Positions 25,163-36,878 of a stretch of 64,000 nucleotides of DNA are shown one piece after another. The first letter of the stretch is position 1. Each line of letters begins with the position of its first letter. Position numbers and translations under genes: made by a program. Source of the stretch: Eledone cirrhosa (taxonomy: Eukaryota); assembly GCA_964016885.1 (NCBI GenBank), contig OZ024743.1:153264001-153328000 (forward strand), read 5' to 3'. The notes below the pieces were generated by a model that was given only the letters and a program-made list of their open reading frames with translations, was not told the DNA's origin and did no database searches.

Positions 25163-27552
25163 TTCTTCATATACATCATAAAAAGATTTTTAAAAAGAAT
25201 TGTCCTTCTCATTCTTTAATAACATTATCTTTTCAAAGCAATGCATCACACAGATAACCCCTTTACAAAGAAATTTAACAAAACAAGAATCCCCTCAGCA
25301 ACATGCATACTTCCAACCCCAACACACATAAACCACAGACAAAACCCCACCCTACACAGACCAAATACAACCAACTACAGTAGAAGAAACCTACCCAACC
25401 ACCACAACATAGGTACCCACAGTAATATCTCCTATAGAAGCCAACCCCATAACAACATAGAACTAGCCCGCAATACAAACACCATACACTCCAGAAGAAC
25501 CCACACAGACCACATGAAATCCCAGCAAAACCTTTCCACATTAACAACTACAACAGGTCTCACCTCCAACACTACAGGAAACAACCCCACAACATCAACA
25601 CTATGCATCCAAGAAGGAACCCACCCAGACCACAAGAACACACAACAAAACCCTTACATAATAACAACTACAACATACACCACTCTCATTACCACATTAA
25701 CTCTCATGAAAAAACAAACTACAGACCCATACAAAACGCACAAGCGGACTACAATTACAACCAAAACAACATTCCTTTTTTAGAAACAAGACTGGAATAT
25801 CAGGACACCCGATGACAAGTCTAAGATGATTAATCTCTCAAAGATATCACTAACAAACACACAAATTAACATATTAAGTAAGGGACTGAAATTTACACCC
25901 ACACCACAAAAATCTAACTTACCCGAAATGAAAGATGACATCATGGAATTCTGCCGAAAACTCAGACTAATATAATACTTTTCTAATGACACCAATACTG
26001 AAGATGAATCAATAGTCAAAAACAAAAGTGATTTCTGCCCACAGAAAGGAAGGAACACAGCACTGGATACCTACTGCGAATGCACCATCAACTTTCCCTA
26101 TGAACAAATCACAAATAAACACACGAAATCGAACCTCTCCAAACACGAATGGAAATAATTATTCACACTGCGAAACAACACTGAAATAACCGTCAAAGAA
26201 GCTGATAAAGGGAGCACTGTAGTCATTATGGACACTGACTACTATAGAGACCTGGCACTCAAGATCTTAGACGACAACAGATACTACGAGAAAACAGCAA
26301 ACTACAAACAAACTAAAACTATGGGGAAACTCATAGCATTACTGCAAAAATACCGCAGTAGCCTAACCACAAAAGAACTTGAATACATAAGCTATTTCAA
26401 ATATAATACAAGTGCTTTCTACGGCTTACCGAAGATACATTAATGTAAACACATAAGCAATGCATGCGGCACTTAAACTAACAAATACATACAATTAACA
26501 CCACCAAAAGCCTTAACACCGAGGCCCTGCATGTGAAACCGACGGACTTAGCAACTTCCTGGACATCATACTGAAGCCCTTAATAAAACACATACAGAGC
26601 TACATACGAGATGACCTGGATATGCTGAACGACCTACCCAAAACAGTAAGTGGAAACACTATTCTAGTCTCCTTTAACGTTATAAATCTCTACACTAACA
26701 TAATTATAGAACAACAGCAATCCAGTTTTGGCTAGACACTCACCAATCAGAAATACCAACACGCATCAACAAAAACTTCATTATTTATGGACTCCGATTT
26801 ATCTTACATAATAATTTCTTTGCTTTCAATGACTCAACATACCGACAAATCTCAGGAACTGCAATGGGCACAAAGGTAGCCCTCACATACGCCAACTTAG
26901 TCATGGGATTCCACGAACAACAAATCTACAACCAATCCCTTCTATTATTCGGAGACTCTTTCCTTACACATCTCAAAAACAACTGGAAGAGATACCTCGT
27001 CGATTGTTTCATTCTATGGCAGGGAAACACAAATACACTCACCCTTTTCAAGAATATGATTAACAACATTAACAATAATATACAATTCACAATGGAATCT
27101 AACTCCAAGGAATTTATTTATTTATACACGCAATGTGTCTCGTTTTTAAGAAGAATTTTTAATTTCTTTAATTTAATTTTTTTTTTTTAAATATTTAACA
27201 AAGTTTTTTGGAAAAGTTTACTTAACATTTTTATTTTAACTTCTTTAATTTATAAATTTTTGGATTCTGGGAATCCTTTGGATTTTAGTGCTTAATTTTT
27301 GATAATTTTCTGAATTTTGAAGAGAAAATTTTTTTTCTAAACTCCCCTCCACAAAAAATTCTATGACACACAGGCTGTAAAAACACACACACAAAAACAC
27401 ACACAACCACTCCACACATACACACTCATTCCACCCACCCTTTCAACAGGATGAAAAAAAATGTATTCAAACATTCGACTTTGATTTTGATTTTAATTTT
27501 AAACCTTTCCTTTTTGTCTCCTATCAACTCTTTTTAATTTTTTACACTTTAC

Positions 27553-27591
27553 ATTTGACAAGATGGATTTTAATACATCGAAACCGGTAAT
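27553..27591 (+). ncRNA. Hammerhead variant with U3-A8 core (pLTR copy 2)
   Basis: Same as 25124-25162 except one change in loop II. Confidence 0.65.
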
Positions 27592-27664
27592 TTCTTCATA
27601 TACATCATAAAAAGATTTTTAAAAAGAATTGTTCCTTTCATTCTTTAATAACATTATCTTTTCA

Positions 27665-27845
27665 TGGCAGTATCGGTAGAGAGTCGAACGCCATGCTTTG
27701 ACGCATAGAGTTAGGGTCCTTGCCATTCTGAGTTCAAATCCCGCCGAGGTTAATTTTGCCTTTCATCCTTACGGGGTCGATAAGATAAAGTACCAGTAAT
27801 GCACTGGTTAATTGTTGGCCTTGTGCCAAAAGTAGAAACAATTAT
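27665..27845 (+). mobile_element. tRNA-derived Nin-domain SINE
   Basis: TGGCAGTATCGG, GAGTTCAAATCC, GCCTTTCATCCTTACGGGGTCGATAAG, AGTAGAAACAATTAT. Confidence 0.88.
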
Positions 27846-27925
27846 CTTACAATAATGTCACTTTGACAAATCAAAAAAGAAAAACAGACCCTTAAATATA
27901 TCACCCATGCTATTTCCAACTTCAT

Positions 27926-27990
<65 letters not shown>

Positions 27991-27991
<1 letters not shown>

Positions 27992-29233
27992 AAGAATTAA
28001 TATCTAGTAACATATATATACATACAGATGCATATCAATGCTAGCAAATATATAGGTTTTATCTTAGTAACTTTGTGGTTCAATGCATGGGGTTGCAGAA
28101 CAATAATATGAGAGACGTAAAATAAGAAGATTATAAAATTAACATACTTACTAAAATTTCACTCCCAACTAATTAGTTTCTGAAATGGAATAAATACACT
28201 TTCCGAAGAAAATATATAGAAGCATTTCGTCGTCAGGGAAGACTATTCTCAGCTAAGTATCCAGGCAAAGCGTGGACTCTGGAAACTTATACAAAAATAA
28301 TTCAGTGGTTAGAAAATAGCAAAGCGTGGACTGAATTCCTAGCCATTGAGAAAATCACTGCCTCTGCGTCGGTGGCAAATTCAAAAAGAATCAATCACGT
28401 GACATCGAGGTCAATCAGTGGAAAGTGGTTTGTTATTAAGACACCGACGCAGAGGCAGTGATTTTCTCAGTGGCTAGGAATTCAGTCCACGCTTTGCTAT
28501 TTTCTATCCACTGAATTATTTTTGTATAAGTTTCCAGAGTCCACGCTTTGCCTGGATACTTAGCTGAGAATAGTCTTCCCTGACGACGAAATGCTTCTAT
28601 ATATTTTCTTCGGAAAGTATATTTATTCCATTTCAGAAACTAATTAGTTGGGAGTGAAATTTTAGTAAGTAAGTTAATTTTATAATTTTCTTATTTTACG
28701 TCTCTCATATTATTGTTCTGCAACCCCATGCATTGAACCACAAAGTTACTAAGACAAAACCTATATATTTGCTAGCATTGATATGCATCTGTATGTATAT
28801 ATATGTTACTAGATATTAATTCTTTATAATTATCTCTAAATTATTTGTCGAGCAATATTGGCCAAGACTGCTGCTATGGTAGCAGGCAGGCCGCTGTCTT
28901 CTTAACAAACCACTTTCCACTGATTGACCTCGATGTCACGTGATTGATTCTTTTTGAATTTGCCACCGACGCAGAGGCAGTGATTTTCTCAATGGCTAGG
29001 AATTCAGTCCACGCTTTGCTATTTTCTAACCACTGAATTATTTTTGTATAAGTTTCCAGAGTCCACGCTTTGCCTGGATACTTAGCTGAGAATAGTCTTC
29101 CCAGACGACGAAATGCTTCTATATGTTTTCTTCGGAAAGTATATTTATTCCATTTCAGAAACTAATTAGTTGGGAGGAGTGAAATTTTAGTAAGTAAGTT
29201 AATTTTATAATTTTCTTATTTTACGTCTCTCAT
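27991..29233. mobile_element. Non-coding ~522-bp unit in inverted + tandem arrangement, flanked by (TA)n (non-autonomous PLE-like)
   Basis: 27991-28442 is the reverse complement of the unit; 28443-28964 is a full unit and 28965-29233 a partial tandem copy. Confidence 0.8.
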
Positions 29234-29249
29234 ATATATATATATATGG

Positions 29250-29460
29250 AATAGAATGAAACGAAATTTCATTTCTCACTCTTAGTACGGCAGTTACACT
29301 GTACAGCGTAATTCGGGCTGTTTGTTTGTCTACGACCAAACCGAGCATTATATTAAATGTTCGGTAAACCGATACGGGCATATATATATATGTGCATGTA
29401 TGTATATATATACATACTACTGTACGTCTGTATACATATATGTATGTACGTATACATACA
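29250..29460. repeat. ~210-bp repeat homologous to 11440-11842
   Basis: Shared AATGAAACGAAATTTCATTTCTCACTCTTAGTACGGC...CCGAGCATTAT...TACTACTGTACGTCTGTATAC. Confidence 0.8.
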
Positions 29461-29480
29461 TATATATATATATATATATA

Positions 29481-29783
29481 TCTGTAGTGGGTTCTCTTCT
29501 TGCTCACATCTCACTCACGTCGGACGGTCTGTATTTCCCCCGCTCATGAAATCCACACAGCTTAAGCTGACCGGATCCCCATGCGGTTGTTTTTCCTATC
29601 TTTGCGTTGCTATCCTTCCTTGTTTGTTTACTGTCTCGCTCGCTTTACGCGATTTACTTGTCCCAATAGCTTTATTTAGCTACTGCTCGCACCAACCGGA
29701 GGTATATGATTTTTAAAGCGATCAAATACCAATGAAGGTTGAAAAATCACTGACGAAGGACTATTTTTATCATATGTAACCCA
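29481..29783 (+). repeat. Diverged homolog of part of the 614-bp tandem unit (55761-56061)
   Basis: Shared blocks TTGCTCACAT, TTGTTTGTTTAC, TGTCCCAA, TGCTCGCACCAACCGGAGGTATATG, TTTAAAGCGAT, ATCACTGAYGAAGGAC, TCATATGTAACCCA. Confidence 0.75.
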
Positions 29784-29789
29784 GTGGGT

Positions 29790-32700
29790 AGGAAGAGAGT
29801 TCCAAGTGTGTGTGGGGGAGTGGGGGAAATACATTTAGAAAAAAAAGGGGGGGGGGGTTAAGAAGTACAAATAAACATAAAAATAAACAAGTGGTGGAAG
29901 GGTGTGAGGCGTGTAGGGGTGGTAGAGGGTGGAGTTGGGAGAGGGAGGCGGGGGGTCCGAGCGGGTAGGGCTGAAGGTGGTGTTTGTGTATGTCTGTAGG
30001 TGTACGTGTGTGTGTGTGCGTGTGTGTATGAATGTGAGAGTTGGGGGAAGAACGAGGTTCCATGTTCAGGAAAAGGTGTGTGCATGGGTGGGGTGTAAGT
30101 CGGTGTGTGCGTACCTGTGAATGGAGAGAGTCAGAGGCGTGGGGGAGAGGTGTGTGTGTGTGGATTTCAGAGGCTGAGTGTGTATATGAGGGGGGTTGGG
30201 GTGCGCACGTGTGTGTTTGTGTTTATACGTGGTGTAGATGTAGGTGGCGTGGATGTGTTTGTTCGTGGGTTAGTATTAGTATTGTTAGTTGTGGAGTGGG
30301 CCATGTGGGTGGGGCGGTGAAAATGAGGAATGTGTTAGTGGTGTTAGTGGGGGATGTGTGGGGGATCGAAGGCTAAAGCAATAGGGGTGGGGAGTTCAGG
30401 CCGGGGGGGTGTGCATCTGTAGGGTGAAGATGGTGCGTTGTACGACTGTGAGGCGGGTGGCGGGTGTTCCATGGCATTGGAGTAGGCCACAGAGTGTGAG
30501 GTGGTGGGCGGAATATCCAGGGGAGCCAAAGTGGCGGGCGATGGGGGAACTGCCACCGCGACGAATATCCCGGAGGTGTTCAGTAAAACGGTCCGCCAGG
30601 CAACGTCCAGTCTGTCCGACGTAGGTTGCGCTGCACTCAGTGCTGCGAAGTCATTGACTAGGTTGGAGGAGGTGCAGCGGAAGGCGTGCCGGACTGAGAG
30701 TGAGTGGCCGTTGTGGCCATGGAAGGTGGTGGGGTTGGTGATGTGGGGGCGGGTGTGGCAGCGAGGCCTGGAGCAGGGAAGGGAACCGGAGGGGAGGAAG
30801 AAGAGCGTGGGTTGGGGGGTAGGAAGCTGCAGACGAGGACGGTGTGGAGATTGCGTGCGCGTTTGAAGGAGGGGAGGGGTGGGTATGGGAAGATGGGGGT
30901 GGTGGAGGGATCGGACTGGAGGCGTCGGAATAATTGGAAGATGGTGCGGTGGAGGGGTAGGGTGGATGGGTGGTAGGTGATGGGGAAGGGGAGACGGTGG
31001 GTGGGTGTGCGGTGGCGTGGGGTGAGGGCAGTGGAGCGGTGGAGAGTGGTGTGGCACGAGTGAGGGCGGTGTGGACGAGGGACAGGGGTAACCTCTCCGG
31101 ATGAAATGGTTGACTAGGGAGAGGGCCTGAGATTCAAAGGCAGCGTCTCGGCTGCAGAGGCGGCGGATCCGGAGTAGTTGCGAGTAGAGCATAGAGTGTT
31201 TTGTGTGTGTAGGGTGGGAGGAGGTGAAGTCGAGGTAGGAGTGGGCGTCGGTGGGTTTGAAGAAGGCGGAGGGGACGAGAAAGCGGTGGGAGGGGTCGAT
31301 GGCGACGGAGATGTCTAAGAAGTGGACGTGGGTGGTGGAGATAGGGGTGGTGAAGTGGAGGGAGGGGTGGAAGGAGCAGAAGAAAGAGAGAGAGGAGTCG
31401 AGCTGTTTTCGGGTGAGGGTCGTGGCTCCGATACAGTTGTCGATGTAACGACCGCACAGTGGGGTCGGTGTACTGGGAAATGATTTGGGCCTCAACATAG
31501 CCAACGGAAAGGTTGGAATAGTTTGGGCCCATTCCTGTGCCCATGGCTACCCCCGTTACCTGTTGGTAAAACTCACCTGAGAAGGCGAAGCAGTTGAGTG
31601 TGAAGACCAGCTCGGCGAGGCGAAGGTGGGTGGGGGTGGAGGGGATGGGAGTGCGAAGGTCGAAGTAGTGCCGGGGGGCACGTAGGCCGTCGGCGTGGGG
31701 GATGACAGTATAGAGGGACTTGATATCTAGGGTGAATAGGAGGGGGTGTGGGCCGGGTGGGAAAGTGAGGGAGAAGGGCGTGGTTGGTGTCGGAGATGTG
31801 CGAGGGGACGGTGGTGATTAGGGCGGCGAGGATGGAGTCAAGAAAGGCAGAGATGAGTTCGGTGGGGCAGTTGCAAGCGGAGATGATGGGGAGGCCGGGG
31901 TTGACGGGTTTGTGGAGTTTGGTGAGGAAATAGATAGTGGGGGTGCAGGGGGTGCGGATGATGAGGTGGGAAGTGGTGGGAGGGATGAGGGAGGAGGAGA
32001 CAAGGTGTTAGATGGTGGAGAAAACTTGTTGTTGGTAGAGGGTTGTGGGGTCAGAGGGTAGAGGGCGGTAGAAGAGGGGGTTACGGAGCTGCCTGAGGGC
32101 TTTGGCCTTGTAGAGGTCAGCGCGCCACACCACCTCGGCGCCTCCCTTGTCCGCCGGTTTGATGACGATGTTATCTCGGCTACGGAGGGAGCGGAGAGCG
32201 AGGAGTTCGCCCCATTTGATGTTATGCCATTTGGAGCCATGGCGGAAGTTGAAGCGATTTACTGCGCTATGGCAAGTGTCGACGAACGTGTCCAGGGTGC
32301 TAAATTGCCCTGGTGCCGGCGTCCAAGACGATGGTCGTCGGCCCAGGGCGAGAAACGGTTCTGGGGCGTTCGGAGCCGGTGGGGTTTGATGAAAATATGC
32401 CTGTAGCTTCGTGCGTCGCACGAATCGCTCGACTTCCGTTGGGGTGCGGAACTTGTCGCTGTGCGGCGTGTGGGATAGGAAGCGAAGGCCTCTACTGAGG
32501 AGTGAGCGCTCAGGTGCGGAGAGGGGGTGGTCAGGGGTATGGTGATAACAAGTGGGGGTGTGGGTGGGGCGGTTTGGGGGGTGATGTAGGGGGGGGGTAT
32601 GGGCGAGTGGTGGAGGAAGGTGGTGGTGGGGAGGAGTGAGTGTAGCTTAAGGGCTTTGGTGGAGGTGGGGAAGGAGAATAGGTCGTGGTTGAGGTTTTGG

Positions 32701-33250
32701 ATGAAGAGGAAGATGGAGTGGGCCAGGAGGAGGTGGCATGCGGACTTAAGGCGGAGGAGGGTGGGGTGAGTTTGTAGTCAAGGTTGCGGATGGTGGAGAG
32801 GGAGGAGCGGAGGGAGTTGCCCATTAGGAGGCGCGAGGATCGGGTGAGGATATGTTGGGTGGAGGGGGAAGTGGAGGCGGGGGAAGTGTAGTCGGAAGCC
32901 AAGAGAGATGAGGTGGAGGTGGTTGCAACGGCTGAGGAAATGGATGTGGCTGGAATTCCAAGTTTTGGCGAAGAGAAGGTAGGAGAGTTGAGGAGCCGAG
33001 GGGGAGATAGCAGGGTTGGAGGAGGAGGGTGAGGAAATGTTTGAGGCGGGTGTGGAGTTGGTGGAGAAAAGATTTCAGGCTGGGAATGGTGGGTGTGGAG
33101 TTGAAGCAGGGTGGGGTGGAAGAGAAGGGAAGTGTGTGATGCGGGGGGAGGTGGAACGAAGGGGTAAGGTCAAAAAGGGTAGACATAGACGGGGGAGGGA
33201 AAATCAAAACAAATTATCGTAAGGAGGTGAAAGTATACACAGGAAATCAT
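29790..33250 (-). mobile_element. GC-rich Penelope-like element (RT + GIY-YIG), frameshifted
   Basis: IKPADKGGAEVVW, LDIKSLYTVIP, GVAMGTGMGPNYSNL, RYIDN, HFLDI, FKPTDAHSYL, PCSRPRC..FRCTSSNLV..YVGQTGRCLADRF.EH. Confidence 0.87.
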
Positions 33251-35949
33251 GGACAAACAAATCATAGACAAAAAATCATAAGCAGAAATAAACAAAAATA
33301 GTAAAATAATCAATAAATAATGCAATAGAATAGGAAAAAATAAAGAAGGAGAGAAAAGGTTTGTGGGAGAGTTTGGGGAAATTACACTCACATAATGGGA
33401 TATATGTGTTGCTCTCTAACACCATACCAAACATGATAATCAGACCTCGAGTCACAGCTGCTCCAGTCCTTGTATTTATGCATTTCATTGATTATATTGT
33501 CAAATCCATATTTATTTATTTAAGATTATACTATAATTTGTTGGGATTTAACTGCTGCATATAGCAATTCATGTGACATTATACAGGTTCCTTTGTTGGC
33601 TCGATAATTCATTAATGTAAGAAAAACTCTTTCTGAAAAGTTATGTAATATAAACATAAACTTTCAGACATGCATGCAAATTCATGTGCATGCTTTACTC
33701 ACACACACACTAACCCACACACACATAAACATACATATATACATACAAAAGAATCAACAAGCATAAAACATTTGCTATTTTCGTATTTATTTCTCCTTTA
33801 TCAGTAACAAATAGCAGCCTTCTGTTTTAGTTGCTTAAGCATGTGCTGTTTTTTCTCATGAAGTAACTTCCATTTTGAAATATTTAATAAACTTGTTTAC
33901 ATTGTGTTGCTTCCTCTATATGATTTACAGTAAACAGCTGCTTTTTTGAGATGCTTTGAAATTGTAAGTCAAAATCTTTAGTAATTTTTCAGTCATGTGG
34001 AAATATATATAAACATTGTGAAACTTAGAGATAAATATATGTTTATAGAAGTAGTGAAATTACTTATACTGTCCACTTAATGTAAAATGTTCACCCAAAT
34101 GTTTTGCTTTGTCTTCCTTCTATCTCTCCCTTCTTATAGAAAAACTATTGTTAAAAATGTAGATCTCAATCTCCATTTTCTTTATGTGTCCCTTTATTTT
34201 TGTTTCAATTTGTCTGCTTTATAATGAAAAGCTAATAGATATGTAGTGCATTGTTGTTTGTTTTGTTTTGCTTTGTCATATTTGAGACCTTTTTACTAAA
34301 TGATATCACCTGACCTCTTGAATTCAAAATAATAGCACCCTACTATTTTCTACTCTTTGCTATATGCTACATAGAAATTATTTGTTCTTTTTTCTCTTTC
34401 ATCTAATTTCTCCTCTAGTTCTTAAAGTACATTTTTCTTTCCAATCCTCCTTAGAATTCTCTTGCATTCTCTGTGTGAATTTTAGATGAAGAAGTTTATA
34501 AATAGAAATTAGAATTGGTAGAATACAATTAGAAAATAGAGAACTTCAACCTTTTCTATGCAAGGATTATTGCAGATCAATTTGAAACTACAAAATTTAT
34601 TCACAGTGGCTCACAGAGGTTATGGGTGTCAAAGATTCACATCACATATTCTTGTTGTTTATGGTTGAAAAGAAAAAGCTTTTATGTTGTTATTCAAACT
34701 GCTAGAAATTTTAGCCAAATCTCCCTAATGTGATGCCATTGCTGTAGTAAGACATGAAGGACGCTATAGTTAAGGTAGTTCTTAATACATTATTTTGTAA
34801 AATATGAAATACAAAGAAATTAACTGGCAATGGACTCATCTACTACAATTAATCTATAGGAAAGTGTAGGAAGATTTAAATGGCTCTGAAGGGTGAGAGT
34901 TTTAACATTTTTGGCTTTTGCCCTTTGTAAGAGAAAAGATAGACATAGCTTGCAAATAGTGAATGTAATCCATTATATGGGAACAAGCTATTTTGTTGAG
35001 TGTAGGAAAGACACAATATGTGATTATACATCAAAAAGAAAATATGTATGTGATGTTGGTGTGGATGTCACGGCATTAACTCTGTATTAAAACTTAACAT
35101 ATGTATTAATAGTTAATCAGTACAATTTGAAGTATCATGCAATAATGCTATGTGTCTTGATTCAGAGAAAACAAACTTGCATGTTTCAGTTAATATTTCT
35201 AGTGCATAAATGATTCACATTAATGTCATGAACTTTAATTGAAACATTAATCACTCGAATGTAAGAAGTAAGAAAAACTTATTTACTTAAACACACTTTT
35301 CAGATAAAAATGAACATGACTTTTGAATAGTATTGACCTTAAATTTTATTATGTTTCAATCCAAAACACAGATAGTGAAATTCCAGTGGGGTGATCATAG
35401 ATGGCAAGGATTTGAAATGCTGAGTATTTAAAGAGTGAAACACATCCATGAGAGACAATAAAAAAATATAGGTCTGTTTGATTTTTTGTCAGTGTTGATA
35501 AAATAATTTACCAGTTAATTGAAAAGACTGTTGGCTTATGTGGATGATATACTTGTATGAGATACCACACTGAAAGAATACGATGTGGTAACAGACATAC
35601 ATTTCTACCAGACCAAGTTGGTGGGTATGAAACATGTCTTGTGGAGAGACAATTGAGCCCCAACCAGCATCTTGGGCTGACGAAGATGGTCTTGTTAAGC
35701 TGTTTGAAGGATGGTTAAGACCAGAAATCCTCGTAGATAGAAACTCGGATAATATTTTGAGCAAGATCACCAGACTCACCCAGAAACAAGGTGAGAGAAA
35801 GCTATCCATGGCAAATCTGGCTGATGTAGTGAACATATATTACATTTCTGTTATTTATTATTGACTGATTATCATGCCTTCACCTTCATAAACTGAAATG
35901 TTGCTTGGTGTGGAAGGGACATATTCCAGCTATTTGATATGAACAATCA

Positions 35950-36650
35950 TTGCATAGAGGATTTGTAATGCTGAGGCTGATAAGGCTCAGTTATGTGCTG
36001 AGTATGCACTAACTGCAGATTTTCCTGGATGGTGAACATACATAGTCACAGCTTGTCAGCCTGTTTTCACACAGCAGAGATACATTCCTGTGTCAAGCAA
36101 ATAACAAGACTGGGTAACTGGCATTTGAAAAGTGGTCAAGCAGTCACAATTCTATATCACTCAGGAAATATGGTCAATTGTACATCAGCCCTTGCATTCT
36201 ATAGAAGATTAGTGTTTAGTACTTGTTCAGTATTCAGTTATTGTAGACTTGTGGAGTTATGTAAAAAATCATTGTTGCATGCAGGATGGATCTGGCTATT
36301 AGCCAAGTAATAAAGATGGTCATCTACCATTTTCTTTTGACCAGGAAGTGTAAACAGTTTACATCAATTTGGTAACTATGGCAAAAGAGATTACATAGCA
36401 GTCAGAATTGTAAAGGTTGACAACAATACTTTACTCTTCAGCCAATTCTTCATTAACTTCAAGTTTCACGTGGAGAGGTTGAGGTTAATGAGCGTGGCCA
36501 GAGATGTACTTTTTACTAGTGAATTTTCTGAAATGTGAGTGGGAGTAGCAAAAAGGGCTTGTGTTAATAGACTAAATCTCAATGTTCATTTGTAGGCTGG
36601 AGAACATAATTTGAGAGGAGGAACTTGTTGATAATCATGGTAATCCCAGA
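35950..36650 (-). mobile_element. Possible very degenerate LINE RT remnant
   Basis: Only scattered residues reminiscent of a LINE RT C-terminus (e.g. GLP.., HLVK), with many stops. Confidence 0.3.
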
Positions 36651-36878
36651 TATGTAAGAGTTCCTTCATTTGCTTTAATTGGTTGTTCCGTTAATGGAAT
36701 GTCTCATTTTATTCTTTTTGTATACTGTTATTTTCCATGACATTTTTCGTGATATATTTTGCATAATATCCTACCCTTTTTGTAATTTCTCTTTGTAAAG
36801 TTTTCTCTTTTGTTGTCGTTGTGGCAAACAAACAAAAGTACCATCTACATCATCATCATTATTATTATTATTATTATT

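Larger units (their letters stand above)
24841..27664 (+). mobile_element. Neptune-like PLE with pseudo-LTR direct repeats; RT truncated and endonuclease deleted
   Basis: INLSK..LSKGLKFTPT, KEADKG, YGLPKIH, NLYTNI, GTAMGT, KRYLVD. Direct repeats 24841-24908/27112-27170 and 25002-25235/27425-27664. Confidence 0.85.

Noticed and set aside
33430-33655. Possible minus-strand exon (TTTTCAG acceptor, GTATGG donor)
   Set aside because: No frame is open across it and no homology was recognised.
35530-35830. YVDD-containing stretch as an RT gene
   Set aside because: The motif is isolated, with stops nearby and no other RT motifs recognised.
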